NCBI GenBank assembly: GCA_019234815.1
Contig: JAFALA010000082.1
Location: forward strand, 25,262 to 89,261
DNA length: 64,000 bases
Reading direction: 5' to 3'
Origin: Burkholderiaceae bacterium
GTDB lineage: Bacteria > Pseudomonadota > Gammaproteobacteria > Burkholderiales > Burkholderiaceae_C
This document shows positions 1-8,682 of this stretch, piece after piece. A program made the position numbers and the translations under genes. Under the pieces are notes generated by a model that saw only the letters and a list, made by a program, of their open reading frames with translations, was not told the origin of the DNA and did not search any database. Numbering within the stretch: the first letter of the stretch is position 1; each line of letters starts with the position of its first letter.

Positions 1-62
1 GCGTTGCCGGACAGATCGCCGACGGTGACGTTGATTTGCGCGAGCGCGACCTTCACAGACAT
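1..62 (-). CDS. nadE: NAD+ synthetase (glutamine-dependent), first 20 codons only; the gene runs off the left edge
   Basis: Reverse-strand ATG at 62..60. My translation MSVKVALAQINVTVGDLSGN resembles the start of the carbon-nitrogen hydrolase domain of NadE. Only 20 aa are visible. Confidence 0.45.
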   Translation of the reverse strand, partial: MSVKVALAQINVTVGDLSGN

Positions 63-78
63 GGGCTAACGGACTCGA

Positions 79-618
79 TCAGCCCTGGTTGGCCTTGGCG
101 TAATTCTCCAGGCCCTGCACGATTTCGGCACGCGCCGCTTCCGGGCCTTCCCAGCCCTGCACCTTGACCCACTTGCCGGCTTCCAGGTCTTTGTAGTGCT
201 CGAAGAAATGCTGGATGGCCTTCAGGCGCATCTGGTTGATGTCTTCGGGCTTTTGCCAGTGCGTGTAGATGGGCAGGATCTTGTCGATGGGCACGGCCAG
301 CAGTTTGGCGTCGCCGCCCGCCTCGTCGTCCATCTTCAGCACGCCGATGGCGCGGCAGGTCACCACCACGCCGGGCGAGAGCGGGAACGGCGTGATCACC
401 AGCACATCCACCGGATCGCCATCGTCCGACAGGGTTTGCGGGATGTAGCCGTAGTTGCAGGGGTAATGCATGGCCGTCGTCATGAAACGATCGACGAACA
501 GCGCGCCGCTTTCCTTGTCCACCTCGTACTTGATCGGGTCCGCATTCATCGGAATCTCGATCACGACATTGAATTGGTCAGGCGCCTTGGCGCCGGGGGT
601 CACGTTGTACAGACTCAT
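79..618 (-). CDS. ppa: Inorganic pyrophosphatase, soluble family I
   Basis: ORF 79..690 trimmed to ATG 618 (MSLYNV...), giving 179 aa. Family I PPase blocks are present: [57 protein letters not shown]. Confidence 0.95.
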   Translation of the reverse strand: MSLYNVTPGAKAPDQFNVVIEIPMNADPIKYEVDKESGALFVDRFMTTAMHYPCNYGYIPQTLSDDGDPVDVLVITPFPLSPGVVVTCRAIGVLKMDDEAGGDAKLLAVPIDKILPIYTHWQKPEDINQMRLKAIQHFFEHYKDLEAGKWVKVQGWEGPEAARAEIVQGLENYAKANQG

Positions 619-803
619 TGCATTCTCTTCGGCGGGGAAAACCCGCATTCTAGGCCCAGGGCCAGGCCGAATCTGACGCGTAGGTTTCAATCACGTTTTC
701 CCGCATTCGCTGGTAAACACCCACCTGGATCAATTGCGACACCCCATAGGCCCGGCTAGCATGCATCCGGGTTTGAAATTCACGCAACCGAGGAGAGGGA
801 TAC

Positions 804-2999
804 ATGTCGACGAATGTGGCGCTGTATTTCGCGCTTGCCTGCGGCCTTGCCGCGGTCTTGTATGGATTCATTCAACGCAGCTGGATCTTGAGCCAGGACG
901 CTGGCAACGCTCGCATGCAGGAAATTTCCGCGGCGATCCAGCAAGGCGCTGCCGCGTACCTGGCGCGTCAGTACAAAACAATCGCCCTGGTGGGCATCGT
1001 GCTGGCGATCCTGATCGCCCTGTTCCTGGACAGCACCACAGCCATCGGCTTCGTGGTCGGCGCCCTGCTCTCGGGCGCTTGCGGCTTCATCGGCATGAAC
1101 GTCTCGGTGCGCGCCAATGTGCGCACCGCACAGGCCGCCACCCAGGGCATGGCGCCAGCGCTGAACGTTGCATTCAAGGGCGGCGCCATCACCGGCATGC
1201 TGGTGGTCGGCCTCGGTCTGCTGGGCGTGGGCATGTTCTTCTGGTACGTGACGGGCATTGAACACGCCGACTCGGCCACCCTCAAGCCCCTGCTCGGACT
1301 GGCCTTCGGCTCCTCGCTGATCTCGATCTTCGCGCGGTTGGGCGGCGGCATCTTTACCAAGGGCGCCGACGTCGGCGCCGACCTGGTCGGCAAGGTCGAG
1401 GCCGGCATCCCTGAAGACGACCCGCGCAACCCGGCGGTGATCGCCGACAACGTCGGCGACAACGTCGGCGACTGCGCCGGCATGGCGGCCGACCTGTTCG
1501 AAACCTACGCCGTGACGCTGATCGCCACCATGGCGCTGGGCGCCTTGAGCTTTGGCGGCGCCAGCATGGCGGCGCTGGTCTATCCGATGGCGCTGGGCGG
1601 CGTGTCCATCATCGCCTCCATCATCGGCTGCAGTTTCGTCAAGGCCACGCCGGGCATGAAGAACGTGATGCCGGCGCTGTACAAGGGCCTGGTCGTGGCG
1701 GGCGTGCTGTCGCTGATCGCCTTCTTCTTCGTGACCCGCGCGCTGTTCCCGCAGGACCTGACCACGAGTTCCGGCGAAGTCATCTCCAGCCTGGACCTGT
1801 TCTATGCCTGCGCCGTCGGCCTGGCGCTGACTGCCGCCATGGTCTGGATCACCGAGTACTACACGGGCACCGACTACAAGCCCGTGCAGCACGTCGCGCA
1901 GGCCTCGACCACCGGCCACGGCACCAACATCATCGCCGGACTCGGCGTGTCGATGCGCTCCACCGCGTGGCCGGTTCTTTTTGTCTGCGTCGCCATCCTG
2001 TGCGCCTACAAGCTGGCAGGGCTCTATGGCATCGCGACCGCCGCCACCGCCATGCTGAGCATGGCCGGCATCGTCGTCGCCTTGGATGCCTACGGTCCCA
2101 TCACCGACAACGCCGGCGGCATTGCCGAAATGGCCGAACTGCCGGAGAGCGTGCGCAACATCACCGACCCGCTGGACGCTGTCGGCAACACCACCAAAGC
2201 CGTGACCAAGGGCTACGCCATAGGCTCCGCCGGCCTGGCCGCACTGGTGCTGTTTGCCGACTACACCCACGCACTTGAGGCGCGCGGCATACACGTGAGC
2301 TTCGATCTGTCCAACCACATGGTCATCATCGGCCTGTTCCTGGGCGGCTTGATTCCGTATCTGTTCGGCGCCATGGCCATGGAGGCCGTCGGCCGCGCCG
2401 CCGGCTCGGTGGTCGAGGAAGTGCGGCGCCAGTTCCGCGACATCAAGGGCATCATGGACGGCAGCGGCAAGCCTGAATATGGCAAGGCCGTCGACATGCT
2501 GACCTCGGCGGCCATCAAGGAAATGGTCGTTCCCTCGCTGCTGCCCGTGGTGGTCCCTGTGCTGGTCGGCATGTTCCTCGGCGCCGAGGCATTGGGTGGA
2601 TTGCTCATGGGCACGATCGTGACCGGCCTGTTCGTGGCCATCTCGATGTGCACCGGCGGCGGCGCCTGGGACAACGCCAAAAAGTACATCGAAGACGGCC
2701 ATTTCGGCGGCAAAGGCTCCGATGCCCACAAGGCGGCCGTCACCGGCGACACCGTCGGCGATCCCTACAAGGACACAGCCGGCCCGGCGGTCAACCCCTT
2801 GATCAAGATCATCAACATCGTCGCGCTGCTGATCGTACCGCTGCTGCCCATGGCCGCCGCGCCGGTGAAGGCCGTGGAGCCTGCAGCGGCCGTGATACCC
2901 GCCGCCATCGATGCCGGCGCGGAAGCCGCGTCGGCTGCTGCACCGGCTGCCGCGACGATGACTGCCCCTGTCTCGGAGGCCGCCGCCAGCAAGCCCTGA
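804..2999 (+). CDS. hppA: Membrane-bound proton-translocating pyrophosphatase with an Ala/Pro-rich C-terminal tail
   Basis: 731 aa, multi-TM. Hallmark H+-PPase blocks: [73 protein letters not shown] lies before ATG 804. Confidence 0.95.
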   Translation: MSTNVALYFALACGLAAVLYGFIQRSWILSQDAGNARMQEISAAIQQGAAAYLARQYKTIALVGIVLAILIALFLDSTTAIGFVVGALLSGACGFIGMNVSVRANVRTAQAATQGMAPALNVAFKGGAITGMLVVGLGLLGVGMFFWYVTGIEHADSATLKPLLGLAFGSSLISIFARLGGGIFTKGADVGADLVGKVEAGIPEDDPRNPAVIADNVGDNVGDCAGMAADLFETYAVTLIATMALGALSFGGASMAALVYPMALGGVSIIASIIGCSFVKATPGMKNVMPALYKGLVVAGVLSLIAFFFVTRALFPQDLTTSSGEVISSLDLFYACAVGLALTAAMVWITEYYTGTDYKPVQHVAQASTTGHGTNIIAGLGVSMRSTAWPVLFVCVAILCAYKLAGLYGIATAATAMLSMAGIVVALDAYGPITDNAGGIAEMAELPESVRNITDPLDAVGNTTKAVTKGYAIGSAGLAALVLFADYTHALEARGIHVSFDLSNHMVIIGLFLGGLIPYLFGAMAMEAVGRAAGSVVEEVRRQFRDIKGIMDGSGKPEYGKAVDMLTSAAIKEMVVPSLLPVVVPVLVGMFLGAEALGGLLMGTIVTGLFVAISMCTGGGAWDNAKKYIEDGHFGGKGSDAHKAAVTGDTVGDPYKDTAGPAVNPLIKIINIVALLIVPLLPMAAAPVKAVEPAAAVIPAAIDAGAEAASAAAPAAATMTAPVSEAAASKP

Positions 3000-3021
3000 T
3001 GAATTGCTCAAAACCCGTAAA

Positions 3022-3049
3022 ACAGCCCGCAGTTGCGGGCTGTTTTTTC
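3022..3049 (+). terminator. Rho-independent terminator of hppA
   Basis: ACAGCCCGC-AGTT-GCGGGCTGT hairpin followed by TTTTTT, 22 nt after the hppA stop. Confidence 0.8.
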
Positions 3050-3086
3050 TTGGGCCCAAGGGCGCCCAGAGGCGAGAATAGCGTCA

Positions 3087-3989
3087 ATGATTCACCCGTC
3101 GATCACGCCTTCCGAATTGAATCGCCGCCGCGCGCAGCTGGATGACCTACGCCTTTACCTGCGCACGCAGGAACAAGATTACGAACAGCTGCATCAGCAA
3201 CTGAACACCTTCATCGCCCGCTATCTGGCGCAGCTGGAGCCGCTCTACCTCGAGCTGGATGCACTCGAATCTCAATTGCACCAGGCCACCACCGGCATTT
3301 ACGAAGCCCTGCGGCACCACGGCGTGGACGTGAGCGCCCCCACGCCGCCCCAAGCCACGCCGCTACCCAAACTGAACAAATTACCAGGCTCCGCCCCATT
3401 GCCTGACGTGCCCAGCCATGCGCTGGTGCACGGCCCCGCCCCCACGCTCAAGCAGCTGTACCGGCGCGCCGCGATGCGCCTGCATCCCGACCTGGCCAGC
3501 AGCGAGCGCGAGCGCCACCTGCGCGAACAGCAAATGCGCAGCGCCAACGAAGCCTACGCCTTGGGCGACCGCAGCCAACTGGCGAGCCTGCTGCTCGATG
3601 CCGGCGAAGACCCTCTCAAGGTGCACGGCAGCAACGGCGATGCCGTGCTTGAAGCGCTACGCCGCACCGAGTTGGCCGTGCAGGGCCGCCTGCGGGTCGT
3701 GCAGGCGCACCGAGTCGCGCTGGAGGCGCACCCCATGCACCAGCTTTGGCAGGCCATCGTCCATGCGGAGGCCAAAGGGCTGGATCCCTTGAATGTGATG
3801 GCCAACCGCCTCAAGCAGCAAATTGCCGAGCGCCGGCAGGAGGTCTACATCGGCCAGCGCCTGGACCCCGCCGAGGCCGATCTGGCCAGCGCGTTTCTGC
3901 ACCAGCGCGCGCAGCGCCAGAGCGGCGACTCAGGCGGCAGCGCAGCGCAGCGGACCTCAACCTGGGACGCAAGTCACCACGACCGATGA
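3087..3989 (+). CDS. J-domain (DnaJ-like) protein with an N-terminal coiled-coil-like region
   Basis: HPD tripeptide in LYRRAAMRLHPDLASSERERHLREQQMRSANEAYALGD. Start moved to ATG 3087 because the 3033 start would lie inside the hppA terminator. Confidence 0.7.
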   Translation: MIHPSITPSELNRRRAQLDDLRLYLRTQEQDYEQLHQQLNTFIARYLAQLEPLYLELDALESQLHQATTGIYEALRHHGVDVSAPTPPQATPLPKLNKLPGSAPLPDVPSHALVHGPAPTLKQLYRRAAMRLHPDLASSERERHLREQQMRSANEAYALGDRSQLASLLLDAGEDPLKVHGSNGDAVLEALRRTELAVQGRLRVVQAHRVALEAHPMHQLWQAIVHAEAKGLDPLNVMANRLKQQIAERRQEVYIGQRLDPAEADLASAFLHQRAQRQSGDSGGSAAQRTSTWDASHHDR

Positions 3990-4565
3990 CATTTGCCCCG
4001 CGCTGATGGTTCCACTCGGATTGCCGACAGTACAAGTCTCGCCATCCGGCTGCTGTGACACCGTCACGTCGTACTTGGTCCCGGCGCTCATGATGCTGGG
4101 GAAGGCAAACCCGCCGTTGACGGCCACCGGCACGGTGACGTCGGCATTGGACAGGATCACGCTGGTGCCAGGGTTCAAACCGCTCACCGTGCCCCCCAGG
4201 GACGAACTGGCGGCACAGGTCACCGAAACCGTGGTGATGGGATCGGAAATCGTGTCGACCACGCCGCTGGCATTGGCCACCGTGCAGGTCTGGCCGACGG
4301 GTTGGGTCAGCACGGTGACGCTGTAGTCGTTGCCGCTGGATACGCTGGCGGAGAACGTGAAGGTGCCGTTGTCGCTCAAGGTCAGGTTGTTGCCATAGTT
4401 GTCCTGCAGCACCACCGACAGTCCCGCGCCCAGCCCATTCAGGCTGCCGCCTATGCTGGCGCTGCCGCCGCCTCCGCATGCCGACAACAGCAGGCTTGCG
4501 CCCAATGACAGCGCAACAATGCAAGGTGAAGTGCTCAAGATCCCAACTCCAAAACTCGAAAACAT
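3957..4565 (-). CDS. Lipoprotein with repeated Ig-like/beta-sandwich-type units
   Basis: ORF 3957..4868 trimmed to ATG 4565. Signal peptide plus lipobox: MFSSFGVGILSTSPCIVALSLGASLLLSAC. Internal repeats end in ..QPxGxTCTVxNxSG....V(S/V)VTC. Confidence 0.75.
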   Translation of the reverse strand: MFSSFGVGILSTSPCIVALSLGASLLLSACGGGGSASIGGSLNGLGAGLSVVLQDNYGNNLTLSDNGTFTFSASVSSGNDYSVTVLTQPVGQTCTVANASGVVDTISDPITTVSVTCAASSSLGGTVSGLNPGTSVILSNADVTVPVAVNGGFAFPSIMSAGTKYDVTVSQQPDGETCTVGNPSGTISAGQMSSVVVTCVPG

Positions 4566-4698
4566 CGGCAAAAACAGAATTGAATTTTGATCGATATGCC
4601 CGCCGGATTCCAAAATAGCACGGCAAATTTTCTTGGCGCAAACATGCTGCCAGGCCATTGATAATGTGCAGCGGCCCCGCTCCCTCACCTGCTGGTAC

Positions 4699-5568
4699 AT
4701 GCCTGCCCACAAACCCACCTCAGCTGCCGAACACTCCGCCTTGGGCCGAGAACCGCGCGGCATCCAAAGCATCGAGGTCGGCGGGCAATTGCTGATCGCC
4801 TTGGCCCATCTGGGCCGCCCTCTGGCGCTCAAGGATCTGGCGCGCGAAGCAGGCATGGCGCCGGCCAAGGCGCATCCCTATCTCGTGAGTTTCATCAAGC
4901 TCGGCCTGGTCGAGCAGGAGACGCAAAGCGGCCGATACAGCCTGGGGCCGCTGGCCATGCAATTGGGCCTGATCAGCCTGCAGCAGTACGACCCCGTGCG
5001 GCTTGCAACGCCATTCATCGAGGAACTGGCGCAGAAACTCGAACATACGGTGGCCATCGCTGTCTGGGGCAATCACGGACCGACCGTCGTGCGGGTTGCC
5101 GAGCCGCCCTCGCCGGTGCACATCAGCATGCGGCACGGCACGGTCATGAATTTGCTCGGTACCGCGTCGGGGCGCCTCTTTGCTGCGTATTTTCCGCAGG
5201 ATGAGGTGCTCACCGTCCTGCGCCGCGATGCATTGGGGCAAGGCATGCCTCCACCCACGCAGCTCGATCCTGACTTCATGCACTCGCTCGACAAGGTGAG
5301 GCAGGATGGCGTCGCCTGCGCCACCAACAGCGTCATCGAGGGCATATCGGCCTTGGCGGCACCGGTTTTTGATCAGACAGGGCGCTTGGTGCTGGCCTTG
5401 ACGGCGATCGGCCCCAGCGCGAATTTCGATCAAAGCCTGCAGGGTCCGATCGCGGGCACCTTGAAGGACAAGGGGCTATCGCTGTCGCGCCAGCTCGGCT
5501 GGCGCGCCCATGAATTCAGTGCACCAGGCTGTCCAGCAGGGCTTGCTCATCTTGAGGTGAATAGCTGA
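4699..5568 (+). CDS. IclR-family transcriptional regulator (PcaR/PcaU-like class)
   Basis: N-terminal wHTH (IQSIEVGGQLLIALAHLGRPLALKDLAREAGMAPAKAHPYLVSFIKLGLVEQ) followed by an IclR effector domain (GTASGRLFAAYFP). The start at ATG 4699 is uncertain. Confidence 0.85.
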   Translation: MPAHKPTSAAEHSALGREPRGIQSIEVGGQLLIALAHLGRPLALKDLAREAGMAPAKAHPYLVSFIKLGLVEQETQSGRYSLGPLAMQLGLISLQQYDPVRLATPFIEELAQKLEHTVAIAVWGNHGPTVVRVAEPPSPVHISMRHGTVMNLLGTASGRLFAAYFPQDEVLTVLRRDALGQGMPPPTQLDPDFMHSLDKVRQDGVACATNSVIEGISALAAPVFDQTGRLVLALTAIGPSANFDQSLQGPIAGTLKDKGLSLSRQLGWRAHEFSAPGCPAGLAHLEVNS

Positions 5569-6346
5569 ACGGGTACAAGGTACGCACCACCTTGCCCAAT
5601 TCACCGTGCCCGCCATAGCGCGCAATCTGTTGCTGCGCTTCGACCATGCTCAAGCTGAGCAGCACCGCCGGCGCATTGACCCTTGGATTCATGCGAACAT
5701 CGCTGAGCACGTTGAAGCCCAGCAGGCGCCGGTAAAACGCCACGTGGCGCGGATTCACTTCGATCACCATCAGCTCCGCCTCATGCTGCCTGAAGGCGCA
5801 CAGGTAGGCACGGTGGAACAGATGGGCCAATACCTGCCGGGACGTCTCCTCGATGTCCAGCGCCAGCTTGGTGAACTCGCAAAGCGCCATGCCGCTGGTA
5901 CGCAATTCGCGCATTTCTGCGGGAAACACCTCGTCAGCGGCCAAGCCGTGCGGCCCATCGAACCGGATGCTGATGGTGCCGCAAACATCACCGTAGTGAG
6001 ACATGGTCAGGGTCAGCAACTCACTGTTTGCGAAAGCATGCAATGACGGCGCCGCATCGGTCATCTCGCGGTAGCCGCGATCCTGGTAGCGATGTTCGAC
6101 CAACTGCATGGCGCTGCGCAAAAGCGCCTTCGACCTGGCCAGACGAAACTCGTAGGGTGCGGCATCGTCGACGTGCGGATGGATTGCACATGGGGCTGCA
6201 AACGGGGCTGCAAATGACTTCGTGTACGGGTCCGCATACGCCTGGGTATGCACCGCAGCGCGGGCCTCCGCCACCAATGGCAACACCGCATCATAGGATG
6301 CAGCTGCAGAGTCCACCATCGAGCACGCCGTGCCGTCGTCCGTCAT
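5516..6346 (-). CDS. FeeM-like N-acyl amino acid synthase / GNAT-fold acyltransferase (LuxI-fold relative)
   Basis: 276 aa. The pattern F-RLA..(x)..A..L...RY, GT.S.RFDG, CEFTKLAL, IEVNPRHVAFYRRLLGF and NAPAVLL matches my memory of the Acetyltransf_5/FeeM family. The ~60-aa N-terminal region is unassigned. Confidence 0.55.
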   Translation of the reverse strand: MTDDGTACSMVDSAAASYDAVLPLVAEARAAVHTQAYADPYTKSFAAPFAAPCAIHPHVDDAAPYEFRLARSKALLRSAMQLVEHRYQDRGYREMTDAAPSLHAFANSELLTLTMSHYGDVCGTISIRFDGPHGLAADEVFPAEMRELRTSGMALCEFTKLALDIEETSRQVLAHLFHRAYLCAFRQHEAELMVIEVNPRHVAFYRRLLGFNVLSDVRMNPRVNAPAVLLSLSMVEAQQQIARYGGHGELGKVVRTLYPFSYSPQDEQALLDSLVH

Positions 6347-6478
6347 ATTCCTACCTTATTCACGCGTCAATGCAATCCTGCACGACGCTGCGATTCTCAC
6401 CGAGTTGCAAGCACTATTCACGAAAGCGTTACATCATTTAACAACGTCGCATCGCCTAACAACTTACGCCTTACAGGC

Positions 6479-7813
6479 TCAGGCCGCTGGCCTATCGATG
6501 AGTTCCCGCCACTTCGCCCGGGCCACCAGCAAGGGCCCGGCAACACATTCATCGGCCTGTCTAGAAATTGCGTGGGCGTCAAACGCGGCCTCCAATTGCG
6601 ACGCACTGATACGGCTGTGCATGCTCACATCGCTAGACCAATATTCGCGCGCTCCTTGTCGCAAGGGACGGTGCTCTTTCATGGCCTGCTCGGACCAGAT
6701 ATTGATGCGTTCCTTGGCCTCCGATCGTCCAATAACGGGCGCAAACAAAAGCATTAAGGAGTCGACAAATGGCAGGTCAAGTTGCCCACAAATGTTGTCA
6801 AGCATGCGGACCGAATTGAAACGCAGATCTTGTGCAGTTTTGCACATTTCACACAAAGACCCGTGGGTGCTCAAGAGCAAGCCCAGCCATTCAGCCACCT
6901 CGGCAGGCCACTGCCCCAGACCCCGTTCGAATTCCTGGTCCATGCAGGCCAGCATGCCGGCCACCCGTTGCGGGCTGCGTTTGGCTGCCGCCAATGCTCG
7001 GGTGACACCGGGCATCTGCAGTTCCTGCAATTCGGCTTGAGCGCTCAAGCTGAGGTCGCGGGCCAGCTTGCCCAGGGCACCACACAAGATGCCCAGTTCG
7101 GCCCCCAATCGAGCGTATTGATCCCGCTGGTTCTGCCATGCCATCGCAGGCAGCGGCAACCTGAGCTCGTCCGACAAGGCCCGGGCCACGGCGTCGGACC
7201 ATCCTCCCAAGGCCTGCTGGGTGCCGACGTCGCCGCCCCATTGAAGTTGCAGCGCCGCTGCCGACCGCAGGCGCAAGGCTTCGGCGCTGCGCAGCAGCGG
7301 CATCAGCCAGGAGGCCAACTTGTAGCGCAAGCTGACGACTCGCGCGGGCTGCATCAGGGCCCGGCCCAACACGGGCGTGGCCGGATGTTGCTCCGCCAGG
7401 TCCAGCAAGGTGCCGCACAGCGCCAGCAGGTCTTCATCCAGCAAGGCCAGCGCCTTGCGGCCCAGCAAGGCCAGGGCGGTATCCAGCACGTCCTGGCCGC
7501 AGCACCCCCAATGCACGTAGCTTGCGGCGACGGGATCGAACAAGGCGACGGTTTCGGTCAGCTTGCTGACCAACGGATCGACCAGATTGCCTGATCGCTG
7601 CGCCGCATTCACGATGCCGTTGACATCGTAAAGCTCCACCCGGCACAGGCTGGTGATGGCCCGCGCGGCGGCATGCGGTATCAGGCCGGCCTGAGCCTGC
7701 GCGCGCGCCAGCGCCGCCTCGAAGTCCATCGAGGCCTGAAGAATCGATGACTCCGAGAAAAGTCCTGCCATTTCCGGAGTTGAAAGCGGACCTTCAAGAA
7801 CCATCACCGACAT
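6479..7813 (-). CDS. 3-carboxy-cis,cis-muconate cycloisomerase (PcaB)-like lyase-fold protein with degenerate catalytic motifs
   Basis: Start at ATG 7813 (AAGGAG 7 nt upstream). The N-terminus SMDFEAALARAQAQAGLIPHAAARAI closely resembles P. putida PcaB as recalled. The family signatures are altered; see findings. Confidence 0.75.
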   Translation of the reverse strand: MSVMVLEGPLSTPEMAGLFSESSILQASMDFEAALARAQAQAGLIPHAAARAITSLCRVELYDVNGIVNAAQRSGNLVDPLVSKLTETVALFDPVAASYVHWGCCGQDVLDTALALLGRKALALLDEDLLALCGTLLDLAEQHPATPVLGRALMQPARVVSLRYKLASWLMPLLRSAEALRLRSAAALQLQWGGDVGTQQALGGWSDAVARALSDELRLPLPAMAWQNQRDQYARLGAELGILCGALGKLARDLSLSAQAELQELQMPGVTRALAAAKRSPQRVAGMLACMDQEFERGLGQWPAEVAEWLGLLLSTHGSLCEMCKTAQDLRFNSVRMLDNICGQLDLPFVDSLMLLFAPVIGRSEAKERINIWSEQAMKEHRPLRQGAREYWSSDVSMHSRISASQLEAAFDAHAISRQADECVAGPLLVARAKWRELIDRPAA

Positions 7814-7941
7814 GACCAGGCTCCTTGGCAACCCAATGATGCCGATGCTAGCGGCAGACGTGGACGGCTGCCTGACAAAGCGCCAAACCGCCTTGCCTGC
7901 CGCACCTCGATGCGGCTAGAAAGAAAAGTCAGCGCATCAGA

Positions 7942-8682
7942 TCAAGCGTGCCGTCCAACCAGCCTGCCCATATTGCGCAGCGACAGCCTGTGCATTTCCA
8001 GCAAGGCCAGCAAACCGTTGCGGTGCAGCTTGACAACGGTCGCATCGTCGAGCTCGGCCAGCTTCTTTTCGTCGACTGCCAGGAAACCGTCCACGTTCAG
8101 TTTCTCGCCGCTGGGGGTTGTGGCTTCGAAACGCATCTCCTGCAACAGGTTCAGCGCCACCAATTCGTCGCAAGCAGCTCGGGTGCGCTCGACCTCGAGC
8201 TCGTAGTTCTCGACGAATTCCTTGGCGTTCTTCAGGAACTCCGCGGGCTGCCCGTCGGCATCGAACAGCGGCGTGCCGTCGGTAACCGAGAAACCCTCCC
8301 ACGACGCGTCAAAGCACATGGCCATGTTCTGGGCCTGATCGATGCGAGCCATCATGAAAGGGAAGCGGCGCACATAGGCCGGCACGTAGCTGGCATCCCA
8401 TTTGTCACCTTTGATGAAGGTGTTGGTATCGGGCTTCAATCCCAGCACGACCAAGGGTGCGACGACCAGCTTGCCGTCCGTCTTGGCCGGGTCGCCCGTG
8501 CGGACAAAAACAATTGGATAGTCCTTGCAGGCATCGGCAAATTCCAGCACGGCCAGGAACATCGAGTTCAGCTTGGCGGTGCGCTCCAGCACGTTCAGCT
8601 CGGTCTTGAGCCGCAGGGTGCGGTGCGCTTGCGTATTGATGGGCACCAGGTTGCCGTACATCGGGGGGTTATTGTTGCTCAT
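7942..8682 (-). CDS. SapC family protein
   Basis: 246 aa. N-terminal region (PINTQAHRTLRLK, SMFLAVLEFADACKDYPIVFV, APLVVLGL) is typical of the SapC family. Its ATG overlaps the stop of the upstream CNNM gene (ATGA). Confidence 0.8.
   Translation of the reverse strand: MSNNNPPMYGNLVPINTQAHRTLRLKTELNVLERTAKLNSMFLAVLEFADACKDYPIVFVRTGDPAKTDGKLVVAPLVVLGLKPDTNTFIKGDKWDASYVPAYVRRFPFMMARIDQAQNMAMCFDASWEGFSVTDGTPLFDADGQPAEFLKNAKEFVENYELEVERTRAACDELVALNLLQEMRFEATTPSGEKLNVDGFLAVDEKKLAELDDATVVKLHRNGLLALLEMHRLSLRNMGRLVGRHA

Noticed and set aside
780-3059. 759-aa ORF antisense to hppA. Similar long antisense ORFs occur at 54926..58219, 58380..59561, 59558..60967, 31508..33382, 7948..8844, 9027..9962 and 62719..63639.
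   Set aside because: These are Arg/Gly/His/Asp-rich shadow ORFs, typical of the opposite strand of high-GC genes. In each case the sense strand encodes a protein with clear family motifs.
3957-3989. 33-bp convergent 3' overlap of the J-domain gene and the lipoprotein gene.
   Set aside because: Short tail-to-tail overlaps are common in compact high-GC genomes; nothing further supports a special role.
3811-4710. 299-aa ORF, and the long N-terminal extension of ORF 3957..4868, overlapping the lipoprotein gene.
   Set aside because: A different frame or an upstream extension with Arg-rich nonsense-like sequence. The lipobox-containing start at ATG 4565 explains the locus.
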